Shown: positions 21,538-31,649, numbered from the stretch's first letter. The stretch is 64,000 bases of DNA from Alphaproteobacteria bacterium (GCA_964291285.2 OZ219785.1:96001-160000); one strand, 5' to 3'. The notes: generated by a model not told the origin, from the letters alone. A program made the numbers and translations.

Positions 21538-23551
21538 CCCGACTTCCGCAACTCGGCTTGAGAATCGACTGATTTGACGGTTTTCCGGCGCGAGAAGTGT
21601 CGGATTTCGGTGCAGTACCTCTCGGGACCGGCTTGTAGTGCCGACCTACCCCCTTGATCGGGCTGGCGAAGATCCGGACGCTGCGCTGATGTTCGTGCGC
21701 TGCAAGAGACGCTTCAAGGACGGCAAGGAGCACCGCTACTGGAGCGTTGTGGAGAACGTCCGGGTCCACGGCGGTCGGGTTGTTCAGCGTCAGGTGCTCT
21801 ATCTCGGGGAGATCAACGACAGCCAGCGAGCGGCGTGGTGCCGCTCGATCGAGGTGGTGGAGGGCAAGTCGCGATCACGGCAGATGGCGCTGTTTCCCGA
21901 GGACCGGGAGGCGCCGGCGCTGACTTGCGAAGTGGTGAAGATCGACCTCTCGCAGGTGGCGCTTCACGACCCGCGCCAGTGGGGGGCGTGCTGGCTGGCG
22001 CTGTCCTTGTGGGACCGCCTGGACCTGGACCGCTTCTGGGAAGAGCGGCTGCCGGCGAGCCGGCAAGGCACGCGGTGGCTGGACATCCTGAAGATCCAGG
22101 TCTGCTACCGGCTGATCGACCCGGGCAGCGAGTGGCGCCTTCACCGTCACTGGTATGAGCACAGCGCGCTTCGCGATCTTCTGGGTGGCGAGCGGGCGAT
22201 CGCCGACGACACACTCTATCGCTGTCTCGACAAGCTGCTGGCGCACAAGCAGGGCTTCTTCTCGTTTCTGCGCGACCGCTGGGCGACGCTGTTCGAGGCG
22301 CGCTTCGACGTGCTGCTCTACGACCTGACCTCGACCTACTTCGAGAGCGATCCGCCGTTCGATGACAAGCGCCGCTTCGGCTACAGCCGGGACAAGCGGC
22401 CCGACTGCGTGCAGGTGGTGATCGCCCTGATCGTTACGCCGCAGGGCTTTCCGCTGGCCTATGAGGTGATGCCGGGCAACACCTCCGACGACACCACGCT
22501 GGCGGCGTTCCTCAAGAAGATCGAGGATCAGTATGGCCGCTCCGAGCGGGTGTGGATCATGGACCGCGGCATCCCCACCGAGGAGACGCTGGCCGCGATG
22601 CGCGAGGGCGAGGCGCCGGTGCGCTACTTGGTGGGCACGCCCAAGGGCCGGCTGACGCGGCTCGAGAAGGTGTTCCTGGGCCTGCCCTGGCAGGAGGTGC
22701 GCCAGTCCGTGACTGTCAAGCTTCTGGTCGAGGATGGCGAGCTCTACGTCCTGGTGCGCAGCGAGGGGCGGCAGGTGAAGGAACGCGGCATGCGCCGGCG
22801 CCGGCTGAAGAGGCTGTGGCGTCGATTGGCCGAGTTGCAAGGGCAGTCGAACAGCCGGGATCAGTTGTTGCTCAAGCTCGGCGCCGCCAGGAAGGAGGCC
22901 GGCCGGGCCTGGAGCCTGGTCGACATCACCGTGCCCGGGACCGACAGCGAACTCGCCGCCAACGGCTTCTCATTCCGCCTGCAGCGCGACCGGCTGCGCC
23001 AGGTCCGCCGCCGCGAGGGCCGTTACCTGCTGCGATCCAACATGGTCGCCGAAGACCCCGCCACGCTGTGGCATCTGTACATGCAGCTCGTCGAGATCGA
23101 GCAGGCGTTCAAGGAACTCAAGCACGACCTCGCGATCCGCCCCATCTTCCATCAGCGCCAAGAGCGCATCGAGGCGCATATCTTCGTCTCGTTCATCGCC
23201 TACTGCCTGCTGGTGACCCTGAAGAACCTCGCCCGGCCGCGCGCCCCGGGCCTCACCCCACGCGCCATCCTTGAGGCCTTCGCCACCATCCAGATGGTGG
23301 ACGTCCATCTGCCAACCACCGACGGCCGGCACCTCGTCCTGCCGCGCCACACCCGGCCGAACAAGGAGCACGAGCTACTGCTGCAACAGCTCGGCATGAC
23401 CTGGCCGCAGCAACCCGCACCCCGGATCTCCGCCTGACGGCACACGGCGCCGCCTCTCCGTTCGCCGCCTTGTAGTGCCGACCCTCGGGGAGACGATCAA
23501 GGCTATTCAATGAGTTAGCATCCTCATGACCCCCGAGTTGCGGAAGTCGGG
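21538..23551 (+). mobile_element. IS1634-family insertion sequence
   Basis: Perfect 19-bp TIR CCCGACTTCCGCAACTCGG; CTAA duplicated at 21534-21537 and 23552-23555. Confidence 0.92.
21689..23437 (+). CDS. IS1634-family transposase
   Basis: LLYDLTSTYFE, FGYSRDKRPD, MDRGI, IEQAFKELK..L.IRPIFH...RIEAHIF. Confidence 0.93.
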   Translation: MFVRCKRRFKDGKEHRYWSVVENVRVHGGRVVQRQVLYLGEINDSQRAAWCRSIEVVEGKSRSRQMALFPEDREAPALTCEVVKIDLSQVALHDPRQWGACWLALSLWDRLDLDRFWEERLPASRQGTRWLDILKIQVCYRLIDPGSEWRLHRHWYEHSALRDLLGGERAIADDTLYRCLDKLLAHKQGFFSFLRDRWATLFEARFDVLLYDLTSTYFESDPPFDDKRRFGYSRDKRPDCVQVVIALIVTPQGFPLAYEVMPGNTSDDTTLAAFLKKIEDQYGRSERVWIMDRGIPTEETLAAMREGEAPVRYLVGTPKGRLTRLEKVFLGLPWQEVRQSVTVKLLVEDGELYVLVRSEGRQVKERGMRRRRLKRLWRRLAELQGQSNSRDQLLLKLGAARKEAGRAWSLVDITVPGTDSELAANGFSFRLQRDRLRQVRRREGRYLLRSNMVAEDPATLWHLYMQLVEIEQAFKELKHDLAIRPIFHQRQERIEAHIFVSFIAYCLLVTLKNLARPRAPGLTPRAILEAFATIQMVDVHLPTTDGRHLVLPRHTRPNKEHELLLQQLGMTWPQQPAPRISA

Positions 23552-23555
23552 CTAA

Positions 23556-23687
23556 TACCACCGGCCACAGATAAGAACCGATTAGCCTCTCTCGGCGGAG
23601 ATTACCTCTTGCAGTAGGAGGCCTCGGCTCAGGGGGCGAGCTGCGGAGGGAGGCTCTGCTATAGGTTCCAATCAACGACCGTTGGTA
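23556..23687. mobile_element. 132-bp MITE-like element
   Basis: TIR TACCA(C/A)CGG(C/T)C flanked by TAA at 23553-23555 and 23688-23690; removal restores K-L-R-K-V-R-Q-L-H-S-K. Confidence 0.75.
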
Positions 23688-24251
23688 TAAGGAAGGTGAG
23701 GCAGCTTCACAGCAAGATCGTCATAGCCGACGAGACCCTGCTCACGGTGGGGTCATTCAATTGGCTCAGCGCCGACCGAGTCGGCAGATACGCCCGGCAT
23801 GAAACGTCGCTCGTCTATCGAGGAACCCATCTCTCGAAAGAAATCGAAGTCATTGTCGGGAGTCTGCAGCAGCGCGCGGCCGCCAGTGGCGGCTGATCCC
23901 GGTCACAACTCTCTTGCCGTCTGGCGAGGGTGGGGCCATCTTCAAGCGTGGAAACCCCGGTACCGTCTCTGCCCCAGGCACGTGGCCGGGGTAAATTGTG
24001 GCGGGATCCGGTTCCGCGACGGCTGACAGGCGTTTCGGCGCGCCGCCGGACTTTCCGGTCCTTTTCCTTCGCTTCCGCGAAATCCAGCTCAAACTTCCGG
24101 ATACGTTTCACCAGCCCGTCCGGATGATTGGCATGGGTCCTCGGGGGTCGGACAGTTCGGTGCAAGAGATTCGATCGCGACCGCCCGGGGGATTGGACGC
24201 CGCCTCAGCTTCGTGCCATGAGGGAGCCACACTGGAAGGAGTTGCGCCGCC

Positions 24252-25034
24252 ATGGCCCTGATCGCCAACCGCACCAAGGAGAAGCTCGCAGCCGGGGAGC
24301 TTGCGCTGGGTCTCGGCCTGCGTCTCGCCCGCATGCCGGAGATTGCCAAGATCGCCGCGGTCTGCGGCTATGACTGGCTGTTCGTGGACCTGGAGCACGG
24401 CGCGTTCTCCGTCGATACGGCGGCGCAGATCTGCGCCGCCTCGCTGGACGCCGGCATTTCGCCGATCCCGCGCGCCTCGGCGCATGAGCATTTCCACGCG
24501 ACCCGGCTGCTGGATGCGGGCGCGCAGGGCATCGTCGTGCCGCATGTCGACAGCGCGGCGCAAGCCGAGGCGGTGCGCGACAACTGCCTCTACCCGCCGG
24601 TCGGCAGGCGCTCGGTCGCCGGGGGCATGGCGCAGCTCGAATACGAGGCGCTGCCGACGGGCGAGGCCGCGCGGCTCATCAACGGCGCGACGCTCACCGT
24701 GGTGATGATCGAGACGGCCGAGGCCGTGGAGGCCGCGGACGAGATCGCCGCGGTCGAGGGGATCGACGCGCTGCTGATCGGCACCAACGACCTCTGCGCC
24801 ACGATGGGCATACCGGGGCAGTTCGGACATGACCGCGTCACCGACGCCTACGACCGCGTGGTCTCGGCGGCGCGCAACAACGGCAAGCATGCCGGCATGG
24901 GCGGCGTCTATGACGAGGAACTCGCCGGGCGCTATATCGGCATGGGCGCGCGGCTCGTGCTCGCCGGCAACGACCTGCCGCTGCTGATGGGTGCCGCCAG
25001 GGCGCGGTCGGCCTTCCTGCGCGGGCTGGCCTGA
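24252..25034 (+). CDS. HpcH/HpaI aldolase family protein
   Basis: GYDWLFVDLEHG, LLDAGAQGIVVPHV, VMIET, IGTNDL. Confidence 0.92.
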   Translation: MALIANRTKEKLAAGELALGLGLRLARMPEIAKIAAVCGYDWLFVDLEHGAFSVDTAAQICAASLDAGISPIPRASAHEHFHATRLLDAGAQGIVVPHVDSAAQAEAVRDNCLYPPVGRRSVAGGMAQLEYEALPTGEAARLINGATLTVVMIETAEAVEAADEIAAVEGIDALLIGTNDLCATMGIPGQFGHDRVTDAYDRVVSAARNNGKHAGMGGVYDEELAGRYIGMGARLVLAGNDLPLLMGAARARSAFLRGLA

Positions 25035-25081
25035 CGGGCGGTCCGTTCGGGTCGGAACGCATATGCGGTCAAGCCCCCAAC

Positions 25082-25185
25082 CGTCACCCCGGCCGGAGCG
25101 TAGCGGAGAGCCGGGGGCCATCTTCCGGCCTTTCCGCCAGGCTGACACGGCAGGGATGGGCCCCGGATCGGGGTCCGGGGCGACG
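25082..25185. repeat. REP-like palindromic intergenic element
   Basis: CGTCACCCCGG...CCGGGGCGACG nested hairpins between convergent genes. Confidence 0.6.
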
Positions 25186-25229
25186 ATTGAGACGCGAGGC
25201 CGACAGGTGTCGAGCGAACGACAATCGTA

Positions 25230-25697
25230 TCAGTCGAACGCGGTGCCCGACGCGCCGCCGCCGCCGAGCTTGTAGGTGACGACGCCGCGGGCGATCTTGC
25301 GTCCCCCGTCGTCCGTCACCAGCACGTCCACGACGGTGAGCGAGCCGCCCCGGCGCAGCACCACGGCCTCCGCCTCCAGGCCGCGGCCCTTCAGCCCCGG
25401 CGAGAGGAAGTTGACGGTGAATCCGACCGTGGCGCCCCTGGTCGCCTCGACCACGGACGGACTCGTCCAGGCGGCGGCCGTGGCGGCCGTGTCGATCAGG
25501 GACGCCGTCGCGCCGCCGTGGTAGATGCCGGCGCCGTTGCCGAGTTCGGCCCGCCAGGGCAGCCGGACGACGGCGCGGTCGGCTTCCAGCACGGCCAGCT
25601 CGATGCCGAGATGGACGCCGTAGGGCCCGCGCACGATGGCCTCCCGGATGCGGCGTTCGCCCACCGGGCTCGGTCCTTTCGCCGCGCCGCCGCTCAC
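25230..25697 (-). CDS. PaaI-family thioesterase
   Basis: NGAGIYHGGATASLIDTA, TVGFTVNFL. Confidence 0.88.
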   Translation of the reverse strand: MSGGAAKGPSPVGERRIREAIVRGPYGVHLGIELAVLEADRAVVRLPWRAELGNGAGIYHGGATASLIDTAATAAAWTSPSVVEATRGATVGFTVNFLSPGLKGRGLEAEAVVLRRGGSLTVVDVLVTDDGGRKIARGVVTYKLGGGGASGTAFD

Positions 25698-26398
25698 CAG
25701 GGTTCCCCGAAGGGCCGGATCTCGACATTGAAGGACCATGCCGAGCGGTCCTGGTGCGCGATGCGGAAGACCTCCTCGCCGATGGCGTCCGGCTTGATGA
25801 AGAAGTCGTCCGGCCTGCCGGGATGGCGCCGCCGGGTCCACCATAGGTCGATCACCGCGTCGATGACGATATAGGCGACATGCACGCCCTGCGGCCCGAG
25901 CTCGCGCGCCATCGCCTCGGCGAGGATGCGCTGCGCCGCCTTGGTCGGCGCGAAGCCGGAGAAGCGCGGAATGCCCCGCCAGGTCGATGTGTTGCCGGTC
26001 ACCATGAGCGCGCCCGCGCCGCGCGCGACCATCCCCGGCGCGGTCAGCTGCGCCAGATGGAGGAGGCTCATCGTGTTGACCTCGAAATTGGCCTGCATGT
26101 CCGCCGGGTCCATGTCGAGGAAGCCGCCCCAGCTTCCGCGCGCGGCGTTGTGGACCACGACATGCGGGTCGTCCCCCAATTCGGTGCGGACCCGCTCCAC
26201 GGCACCCGCCAGCGCCTCGCGGTCGGTGATGTCGCAGGGAACCGCCAGAGTGCCGGGAATCGCCGCCTCGTATTCGCTGAGCCGCGACTCCGAGCGCGCG
26301 AGCATCGCCACCCGGTAGCCGCCGGCCGCAAACCGCCGGATCACGGAGCCGCCCGTGCCCCGCCCGGCGCCCGCCACCAGCGCGATCTTTTCCGCCAT
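25694..26398 (-). CDS. Short-chain dehydrogenase/reductase
   Basis: VAGAGRGTG, HNAA, FAPTKAAQR, ARELGPQGVHV. Confidence 0.92.
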   Translation of the reverse strand: MAEKIALVAGAGRGTGGSVIRRFAAGGYRVAMLARSESRLSEYEAAIPGTLAVPCDITDREALAGAVERVRTELGDDPHVVVHNAARGSWGGFLDMDPADMQANFEVNTMSLLHLAQLTAPGMVARGAGALMVTGNTSTWRGIPRFSGFAPTKAAQRILAEAMARELGPQGVHVAYIVIDAVIDLWWTRRRHPGRPDDFFIKPDAIGEEVFRIAHQDRSAWSFNVEIRPFGEPW

Positions 26399-26427
26399 CC
26401 GTTCCCCTCCCGTCGATCCGTTGCCGT

Positions 26428-27660
26428 TCAGGCCGCCTGGCCGAGCGCCGGCACGCCCCCCGCCCGGCGCATGGCTGCCGCGCGGCGCACCAGGAATGCG
26501 GCGACCCCCAGATGCGCGATGTTGACCGCGACCGCGCCGGCAAAGGCGACCCGGTAGCTGCCGGTGAGGTCATGGACCGCGCCCGCGAGCCAGGCGCCCG
26601 CGGCCATGCCGAGCATGGTGAACAGCAGCGCCAGCCCGATGCGCCCGCCCGCCTGCCGGGCCGGAAAATACTCCCGGATGATGATGGCGTAAGACGGCAC
26701 GATGCCGCCCTGCGAGAGCCCGAACAGCCCGGCGACGACCAGTAGCGCGATCCGCCCGTCCGCCGGCAGGAACAGCAGCAGCGCGACCGTCTGGCCGGCC
26801 GAGCCGAGCGCGAGCGTGCGCAGGCCGCCGATGCGGTCCGATATCCAGCCGGAGCCGAGCCGGCTCACAATGCCGAACCCGTACATCAGCGACAGCATCA
26901 GCGCGCCGTCGGCCGGGCGCAGGCCGATATCGTCCGCCATCGCCACCGCATGGACCTGCGGCGCGGCCATCGCTACGCAGCAGCCGAGCCCCGCGCAGCA
27001 GAGAAGGGCCTGGAGCGCCGGGGCCCGCATGCCGAGCGGCCGGGCCGCCTCCGCCGCCTCCAGCGGCCCCGTCAGCACCGTGCGCGGGGCAGGGCGGTGC
27101 AGCACCAGCGCCAGCAGCGGCAGCGAGAGCAAGGTCAGGCCGCCCATGGCCAGATACATGTCCCGCCAGCCATGGTCGTGGACCAGGACTTCGAGCACCG
27201 GCGGCCAGACCATGCCCGACACATAGGCGCCGCTGATAACCATGGCGACCGCGAGGCCGCGGCGGCGCTCGAACCAGAGCGAGGTATCCGCGACCATGGG
27301 CGCCATGGTGGTCGAGGCGCCCATCAGGCCGATCAGCAGCCCGTGGGCCAGGACCGCCTGCCAGAGCTCGACCGCGTGCCCGGCGATCCAGAAGCCGAGG
27401 CCGAGGGTCAGCCCCCCGGCGAAGGTGACGCGCATGGCGCCCAGCCGGTCGGCGAAGCGGCCCATCCAGAAGCTGCCGAGGCCGAACCCGACCATGAACG
27501 CCATATAGGGCAGCGTCGCCGCGCCCCGCGAGATGTCGAACGCCTCCTGCATCGGCTTGAGGGCGACCGTGCCGGCGAACATGCCCGCCGTGCCGACGAC
27601 CATGATGAGGAAGGCCGCCGCCGCACGGGCCGCAGGATACCAGGATGCTCCGCCTGCCAT
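26428..27660 (-). CDS. MFS transporter
   Basis: GRFADRLG and GWISDRIG motifs; many TM helices. Confidence 0.9.
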   Translation of the reverse strand: MAGGASWYPAARAAAAFLIMVVGTAGMFAGTVALKPMQEAFDISRGAATLPYMAFMVGFGLGSFWMGRFADRLGAMRVTFAGGLTLGLGFWIAGHAVELWQAVLAHGLLIGLMGASTTMAPMVADTSLWFERRRGLAVAMVISGAYVSGMVWPPVLEVLVHDHGWRDMYLAMGGLTLLSLPLLALVLHRPAPRTVLTGPLEAAEAARPLGMRAPALQALLCCAGLGCCVAMAAPQVHAVAMADDIGLRPADGALMLSLMYGFGIVSRLGSGWISDRIGGLRTLALGSAGQTVALLLFLPADGRIALLVVAGLFGLSQGGIVPSYAIIIREYFPARQAGGRIGLALLFTMLGMAAGAWLAGAVHDLTGSYRVAFAGAVAVNIAHLGVAAFLVRRAAAMRRAGGVPALGQAA

Positions 27661-27697
27661 GCCGCCGCTCCGGGCTGCCCCCCGCCGTTCCCGCGTC

Positions 27698-29005
27698 TCA
27701 GGCCGGCCGGCTGCGGGCCGCCTTCGCGTCCTGCCGGCGGAAGCGCAGCAGCATGGCGCGGGCGACTGGCACGGCGAGGCGGTTCGACGGCACGGGATGC
27801 GGCCGGCGCAGCGCCGCCGGCACGGGGTCGTCGGCCTGCAGCCCCTCGAGGCAGCGCCCGGCCAGCAGGCGCCCCATCGCCGTTGCCAGCGCAACCCCGC
27901 GCCCGTTGTAGCCGAGCGCCGTCCAGACGCCGGGCCCGAGCTCCATGGCGCGCGGCAGGCGGTCCACGGTCATCGCGACCTTGCCGTCCCAGACGAATTC
28001 GAATTCGGCCTCGCCGAGCTCCGGGAAGGCGGCCTGCAGGCGCCGCCGCGCCACGGTCTCGGCGCGGCCGCGCGCGCGCCAGGGCAGCACGATGTCGCCG
28101 CCCATCACCATGCGGCCCTCCCGGTCCCAGCGGAAGGCCCAGAGCAGCGTGCGGCTGTCCGAGACGCTGCGGTCGCCGGGCAGGATCTGCCGGCGGACAT
28201 TGCCGCCCTGAGGGGCCGTGGCGGCAAGGAAGAGCCGGAACGGCACGACCGCGCGCCTCAGTCCCGGCCAGAGCCCGCCGGTATAGCCGTTGGTCGCCAG
28301 CACGGCCTGGTCGGCCGTCACCGCGCCTCCCGGCGTCTCCACGCGCCAGCGCCCCCCGGACCGCGCCAGCGCCGTCGCCGGGGAGCCGGCATGGATCGCC
28401 GCGCCGGCGTCGATGGCCGCCTTCGCCAGGCCGCGCGCATAGGCGAGCGGCTGGATGTTGCCGCCCCAGGCGTGATGCAGCGCGCCCTGCCAGTAGCGGC
28501 TGCCGGTCATGGCCTCGGTCTCGTCCCGCTCCAGGTAGCGGACCGGCATGCCGCGCGCGGCCCAGGCCTCGGCGCGGGCGCGCACCATGCCGTCGCGGGC
28601 CGGGCTGTCCACCGGCAGCAGCCAGCCGACCGGCCGGGCGTCGCAGTCGATGCCGAGGCGGTCGATCAACTCGAAGACCAGCTTCGCCGACTCCGCGGTG
28701 AAGCGGTTGAACCGCTCGCCCTCTTCCGGGCCGAAGCGCGCGACCGTCTCCTCCGGCCCGTAGCGCGAGAGCATCGGCACCACCTGGCCGTGATTGCGCC
28801 CCGACGCGCCGAAGCCCGGCTCCTCGGCCTCCAGCAGCACCACGCGCGCCCCCGCCTCCGCCAGGTGCAAGGCTGTCGAAAGCCCGGTGAAGCCGCCGCC
28901 GACGACGCAGACATCCGCCTCATGCCCGCCTTCGAGCGCGGGCGCCGGCGGCGCCGGCGGGGCCGTCGCCTGCCAGAGGACGGAGGCGGGATCGGAGGTT
29001 TTCAT
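27698..29005 (-). CDS. FAD-dependent oxidoreductase (DadA/PuuB-like)
   Basis: VVGGGFTGLSTALHLA, GASGRNHG, LATNGY, GYNGRGVA. Confidence 0.9.
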   Translation of the reverse strand: MKTSDPASVLWQATAPPAPPAPALEGGHEADVCVVGGGFTGLSTALHLAEAGARVVLLEAEEPGFGASGRNHGQVVPMLSRYGPEETVARFGPEEGERFNRFTAESAKLVFELIDRLGIDCDARPVGWLLPVDSPARDGMVRARAEAWAARGMPVRYLERDETEAMTGSRYWQGALHHAWGGNIQPLAYARGLAKAAIDAGAAIHAGSPATALARSGGRWRVETPGGAVTADQAVLATNGYTGGLWPGLRRAVVPFRLFLAATAPQGGNVRRQILPGDRSVSDSRTLLWAFRWDREGRMVMGGDIVLPWRARGRAETVARRRLQAAFPELGEAEFEFVWDGKVAMTVDRLPRAMELGPGVWTALGYNGRGVALATAMGRLLAGRCLEGLQADDPVPAALRRPHPVPSNRLAVPVARAMLLRFRRQDAKAARSRPA

Positions 29006-29019
29006 CGGTGCTGCGTCCT

Positions 29020-30024
29020 TCAGGGGCGGGGGCCGGCCGCGAGAGCGCGCGGCAGCGCTTCCTCGGCGAAGAGGCGCATGGACCGCTCGACGGCTTCGGG
29101 CCCGAGGCCGCCGAAATTATGCAGGGTCAGCACATGGCCGAGGCCCCAGCCGGCGAGCAGGCGCAGTTTCTCCGCCACGGTCTCCACCGAGCCCATGAGC
29201 GAGAGGCCGGACGCCATGATGTCGTCCCAGACCTGCCGGCGGGCATAGAGCCGGGTCGCGACGTAGAGCTCGAAGGCTTCGGCCGCCATCTCGCGGGCCT
29301 CCTCGTCGGTCTCCGCGACGAAGGTGTGGAAGGCGAAGGCCGCGGCGTCCCCGGCCCCGTCCAGCCCCGCCTCCGCGCGGCCCCCGGCGAAGGACCGGAA
29401 CAGGGTTTCGACATCCTCCATGCCGGCGACGGAGGCGTAGGGCACGCAGAAGATCGAGTTGCCGGCCCTGCCGACATGCCAGGCCGCCTCGGGGCGCAGC
29501 ACGGCCACATGGATCGGCACCGGGCGCTGCACCGGCGCGACATTCAGCGTCACGCCCTCCACCTTGTGGTAGCGCCCGTCGAACGTGACCGGCCCGCCGG
29601 AGAGCGCCAGCCGCAGCACTTCCAGCGCCTCGTCGAAGCGCTCGCGCTTCTCTTCCGGGGAGACGCCGAAGCCCTCGAACTCGTGCGCGAGATAGCCGGA
29701 GCCCACGCCCAGCACCAGCCGCCCGCCGGAGAGCATGTCCACCATGGCGTAGCTCTCCGCCACGGTGAGCGGGTTGCGGAAGGGCAGCACCGAGATCGCC
29801 GTGCCGAGCCGGATGCGGGAGGTCCGGGCGGCCATGGCGGTCAGCAGCACGGCCGGGTCCGGCACGGCGCCGTATTCATGGAAATGGTGCTCGGCGGTGA
29901 AGAACGCCTCATAGCCGAGCCGTTCCGCGAGCACGCACTGGCCGATGACCTCGTCATAGAGGCCGGCGACCGGGCGCGGGCGGTCCGGGTAGTGGTCGCC
30001 TATGGAGAGGATCGAGAAACGCAT
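29020..30024 (-). CDS. LLM-class flavin-dependent oxidoreductase
   Basis: AEHHF, RTSRIRLGTA, DMLSGGRLVLGVGSG. Confidence 0.92.
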   Translation of the reverse strand: MRFSILSIGDHYPDRPRPVAGLYDEVIGQCVLAERLGYEAFFTAEHHFHEYGAVPDPAVLLTAMAARTSRIRLGTAISVLPFRNPLTVAESYAMVDMLSGGRLVLGVGSGYLAHEFEGFGVSPEEKRERFDEALEVLRLALSGGPVTFDGRYHKVEGVTLNVAPVQRPVPIHVAVLRPEAAWHVGRAGNSIFCVPYASVAGMEDVETLFRSFAGGRAEAGLDGAGDAAAFAFHTFVAETDEEAREMAAEAFELYVATRLYARRQVWDDIMASGLSLMGSVETVAEKLRLLAGWGLGHVLTLHNFGGLGPEAVERSMRLFAEEALPRALAAGPRP

Positions 30025-30593
30025 GGGGCGCGATTATAGGCAGCCCATGCGGCGCCGTCGTCAACATCCGCCAGCCGGTCGGCGAGCGCGGCCGGGAAGG
30101 GAAGCTGCGCCAGCGCGTCGGCAAGCGTCTCCGGGTGCGACCAGCGCACGGGGCCGGCGAAGAGCCGCGTGCGCTGCCTCGCGCCCACCAGCCAGAAGCC
30201 GCCGTCCTCCGCCGGGCCGAACACCGCCCGCGCCGCGCGGAGCCGGCGGAAGGCGCGCGCGACATGGCGCGGCCGGAGGCCCGGAATGTCGCTGCCGACC
30301 AGCAAGGCGGGCATCGGCGCGCGGGCGAGCGCCCGGTCCATGCGCCGGCCGAGATCGCCCCGGCCCTGCCCGATGCGCCGGAGCCGGCGGGGCCAGGGGC
30401 CGCGCGCCCCGTCCGGCGTCACCGCCAGCACGACCCGCCAGCGCCGGTCCGCCGCCAGCCGGCGCAGCGCGTCGGCCGCCATGCGCCGGTAGAAGGCGGT
30501 GGCGCGCGCCGGCCCGATATCGGCCCCGAGCCGGGTCTTGACCGCGCCGAGCCTGGCCTCGCGCAGCATCACCACCACCGTGCCGCGCCGCAT
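30000..30593 (-). CDS. TIGR04282/DUF2064 family glycosyltransferase-like protein
   Basis: GAVKTRL, QGRGDLGRRM, VGSDIP, VFGPAEDGGFWLVG, LADVDD. Confidence 0.85.
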   Translation of the reverse strand: MRRGTVVVMLREARLGAVKTRLGADIGPARATAFYRRMAADALRRLAADRRWRVVLAVTPDGARGPWPRRLRRIGQGRGDLGRRMDRALARAPMPALLVGSDIPGLRPRHVARAFRRLRAARAVFGPAEDGGFWLVGARQRTRLFAGPVRWSHPETLADALAQLPFPAALADRLADVDDGAAWAAYNRAPCVSRSSP

Positions 30594-30688
30594 GCCGCAG
30601 GACCTCATGCCGGGGTGCCCGGAGCGGGAGCTGCGTCCGGCGGCGGCGCGTTTCGCTCCCCCTCCGTCATGCCCGAACGGCCCCCCTC

Positions 30689-30776
30689 CGTCATGCCCGG
30701 ACTTGTTCCGGGCATCTCCTGCCACCGCTTCCGCCGCACGGCCGCATGGATGCCCGGAACAAGTCCGGGCATGACG
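30689..30776. repeat. REP-like palindromic element
   Basis: CGTCATGCCCGGACTTGTTCCGGGCATC ... GATGCCCGGAACAAGTCCGGGCATGACG perfect inverted pair; partial direct duplication just upstream. Confidence 0.8.
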
Positions 30777-30807
30777 AGAAGAAGGTTCCGGCCGGCGACC
30801 GCCCGTG

Positions 30808-31461
30808 TCATTCGTAGAGCCTCAGGATGCGCTCCGGCGCCATGCCCGCGAAGTAGAGCGAGAGGCAGGCGAGATTGCGCAACGGCCGGCGCCAGTAGCC
30901 GTCACGGCGGTAGCGGGCGGCGGAGGTGGTGATTTCGGCGTCGAGTTCCGCGAGGCGGCGCCGGCCGATGCGCCGGACAAGGTCCACATCCTCCATCAGC
31001 GGCATGTCGCGATAGCCGCCGACCGCGTCGTAGAGCGCGCGCGGCAGCACGAGGCCCTGGTCGCCATAGGGCAGGGCGAGGCGCCGGGCGCGCCAGTTCG
31101 CCAGCCGCTCGACGCGCCGCGCCGCCGGGGCGGGGTCGTCGAGGCGGAAGCGGAACCAGCCGGCCCGCCCGTCCTCCGGCAGCGCGTCCGGCCAGCCCGG
31201 CCCGAGGCGGGAATCGGCATGGAGCACCAGCAGCCCGGGCGCGCTCGTGGCCGCCGCGCCGGCGCGAAGCTGGCTGCCCCGCCCCCGCGGCGCCTCGACC
31301 ACGCGCGCCCCGCCCGCCTCGGCAACGGCCCGCGTGCCGTCGGTCGAGCCGCCGTCCGCAACCACGATCTCCGCGATCCGCTCCCGCCCCGGCGCCAGCG
31401 ACTCCAGCGCCCGGGGCAGCCCGGCGGCGGCGTTCAGGGTCGGGATCACCACTGCAAGCAC
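30808..31461 (-). CDS. TIGR04283 family GT2 glycosyltransferase
   Basis: VVIPTLN, ADGGSTDGT, LHADS, LPYGDQG, PLMEDV, TSAARY. Confidence 0.88.
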   Translation of the reverse strand: MLAVVIPTLNAAAGLPRALESLAPGRERIAEIVVADGGSTDGTRAVAEAGGARVVEAPRGRGSQLRAGAAATSAPGLLVLHADSRLGPGWPDALPEDGRAGWFRFRLDDPAPAARRVERLANWRARRLALPYGDQGLVLPRALYDAVGGYRDMPLMEDVDLVRRIGRRRLAELDAEITTSAARYRRDGYWRRPLRNLACLSLYFAGMAPERILRLYE

Positions 31462-31649
31462 CGCCCCGCCTCCCCTGCCGTTGCCCCCGCCCGCCGCATC
31501 GGGGCGGCCCTTGAAACCGGGCGGGACGAATGCCGGTTTTCAATTGCGCGGCCGGGCGGTCCCCGGCCGGGCAGCCTTCGGGTCCGGGAGGGAACATCGG
31601 GCTCCCTCCGGCGGCGCAGCATTCCCCGTTTTCGTTGAAACGAACGCCG

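Larger units (their letters stand above)
18228..23896 (+). pseudogene. SF1 (Upf1/DNA2-like) helicase fused to PLD nuclease, Mokosh type II/YjhR-like; interrupted by IS1634 and a MITE
   Basis: NGPPGTGKTT, IVDEAGQ, IGDTQQIEP, VGTVHSLQG, NVAVSRA; HSKIVIAD...GSFNWLSA after the insertions; frame is restored when both are removed. Confidence 0.85.

Noticed and set aside
23815-24165. Short minus-strand ORF between helicase end and aldolase
   Set aside because: No recognisable motif or clear RBS
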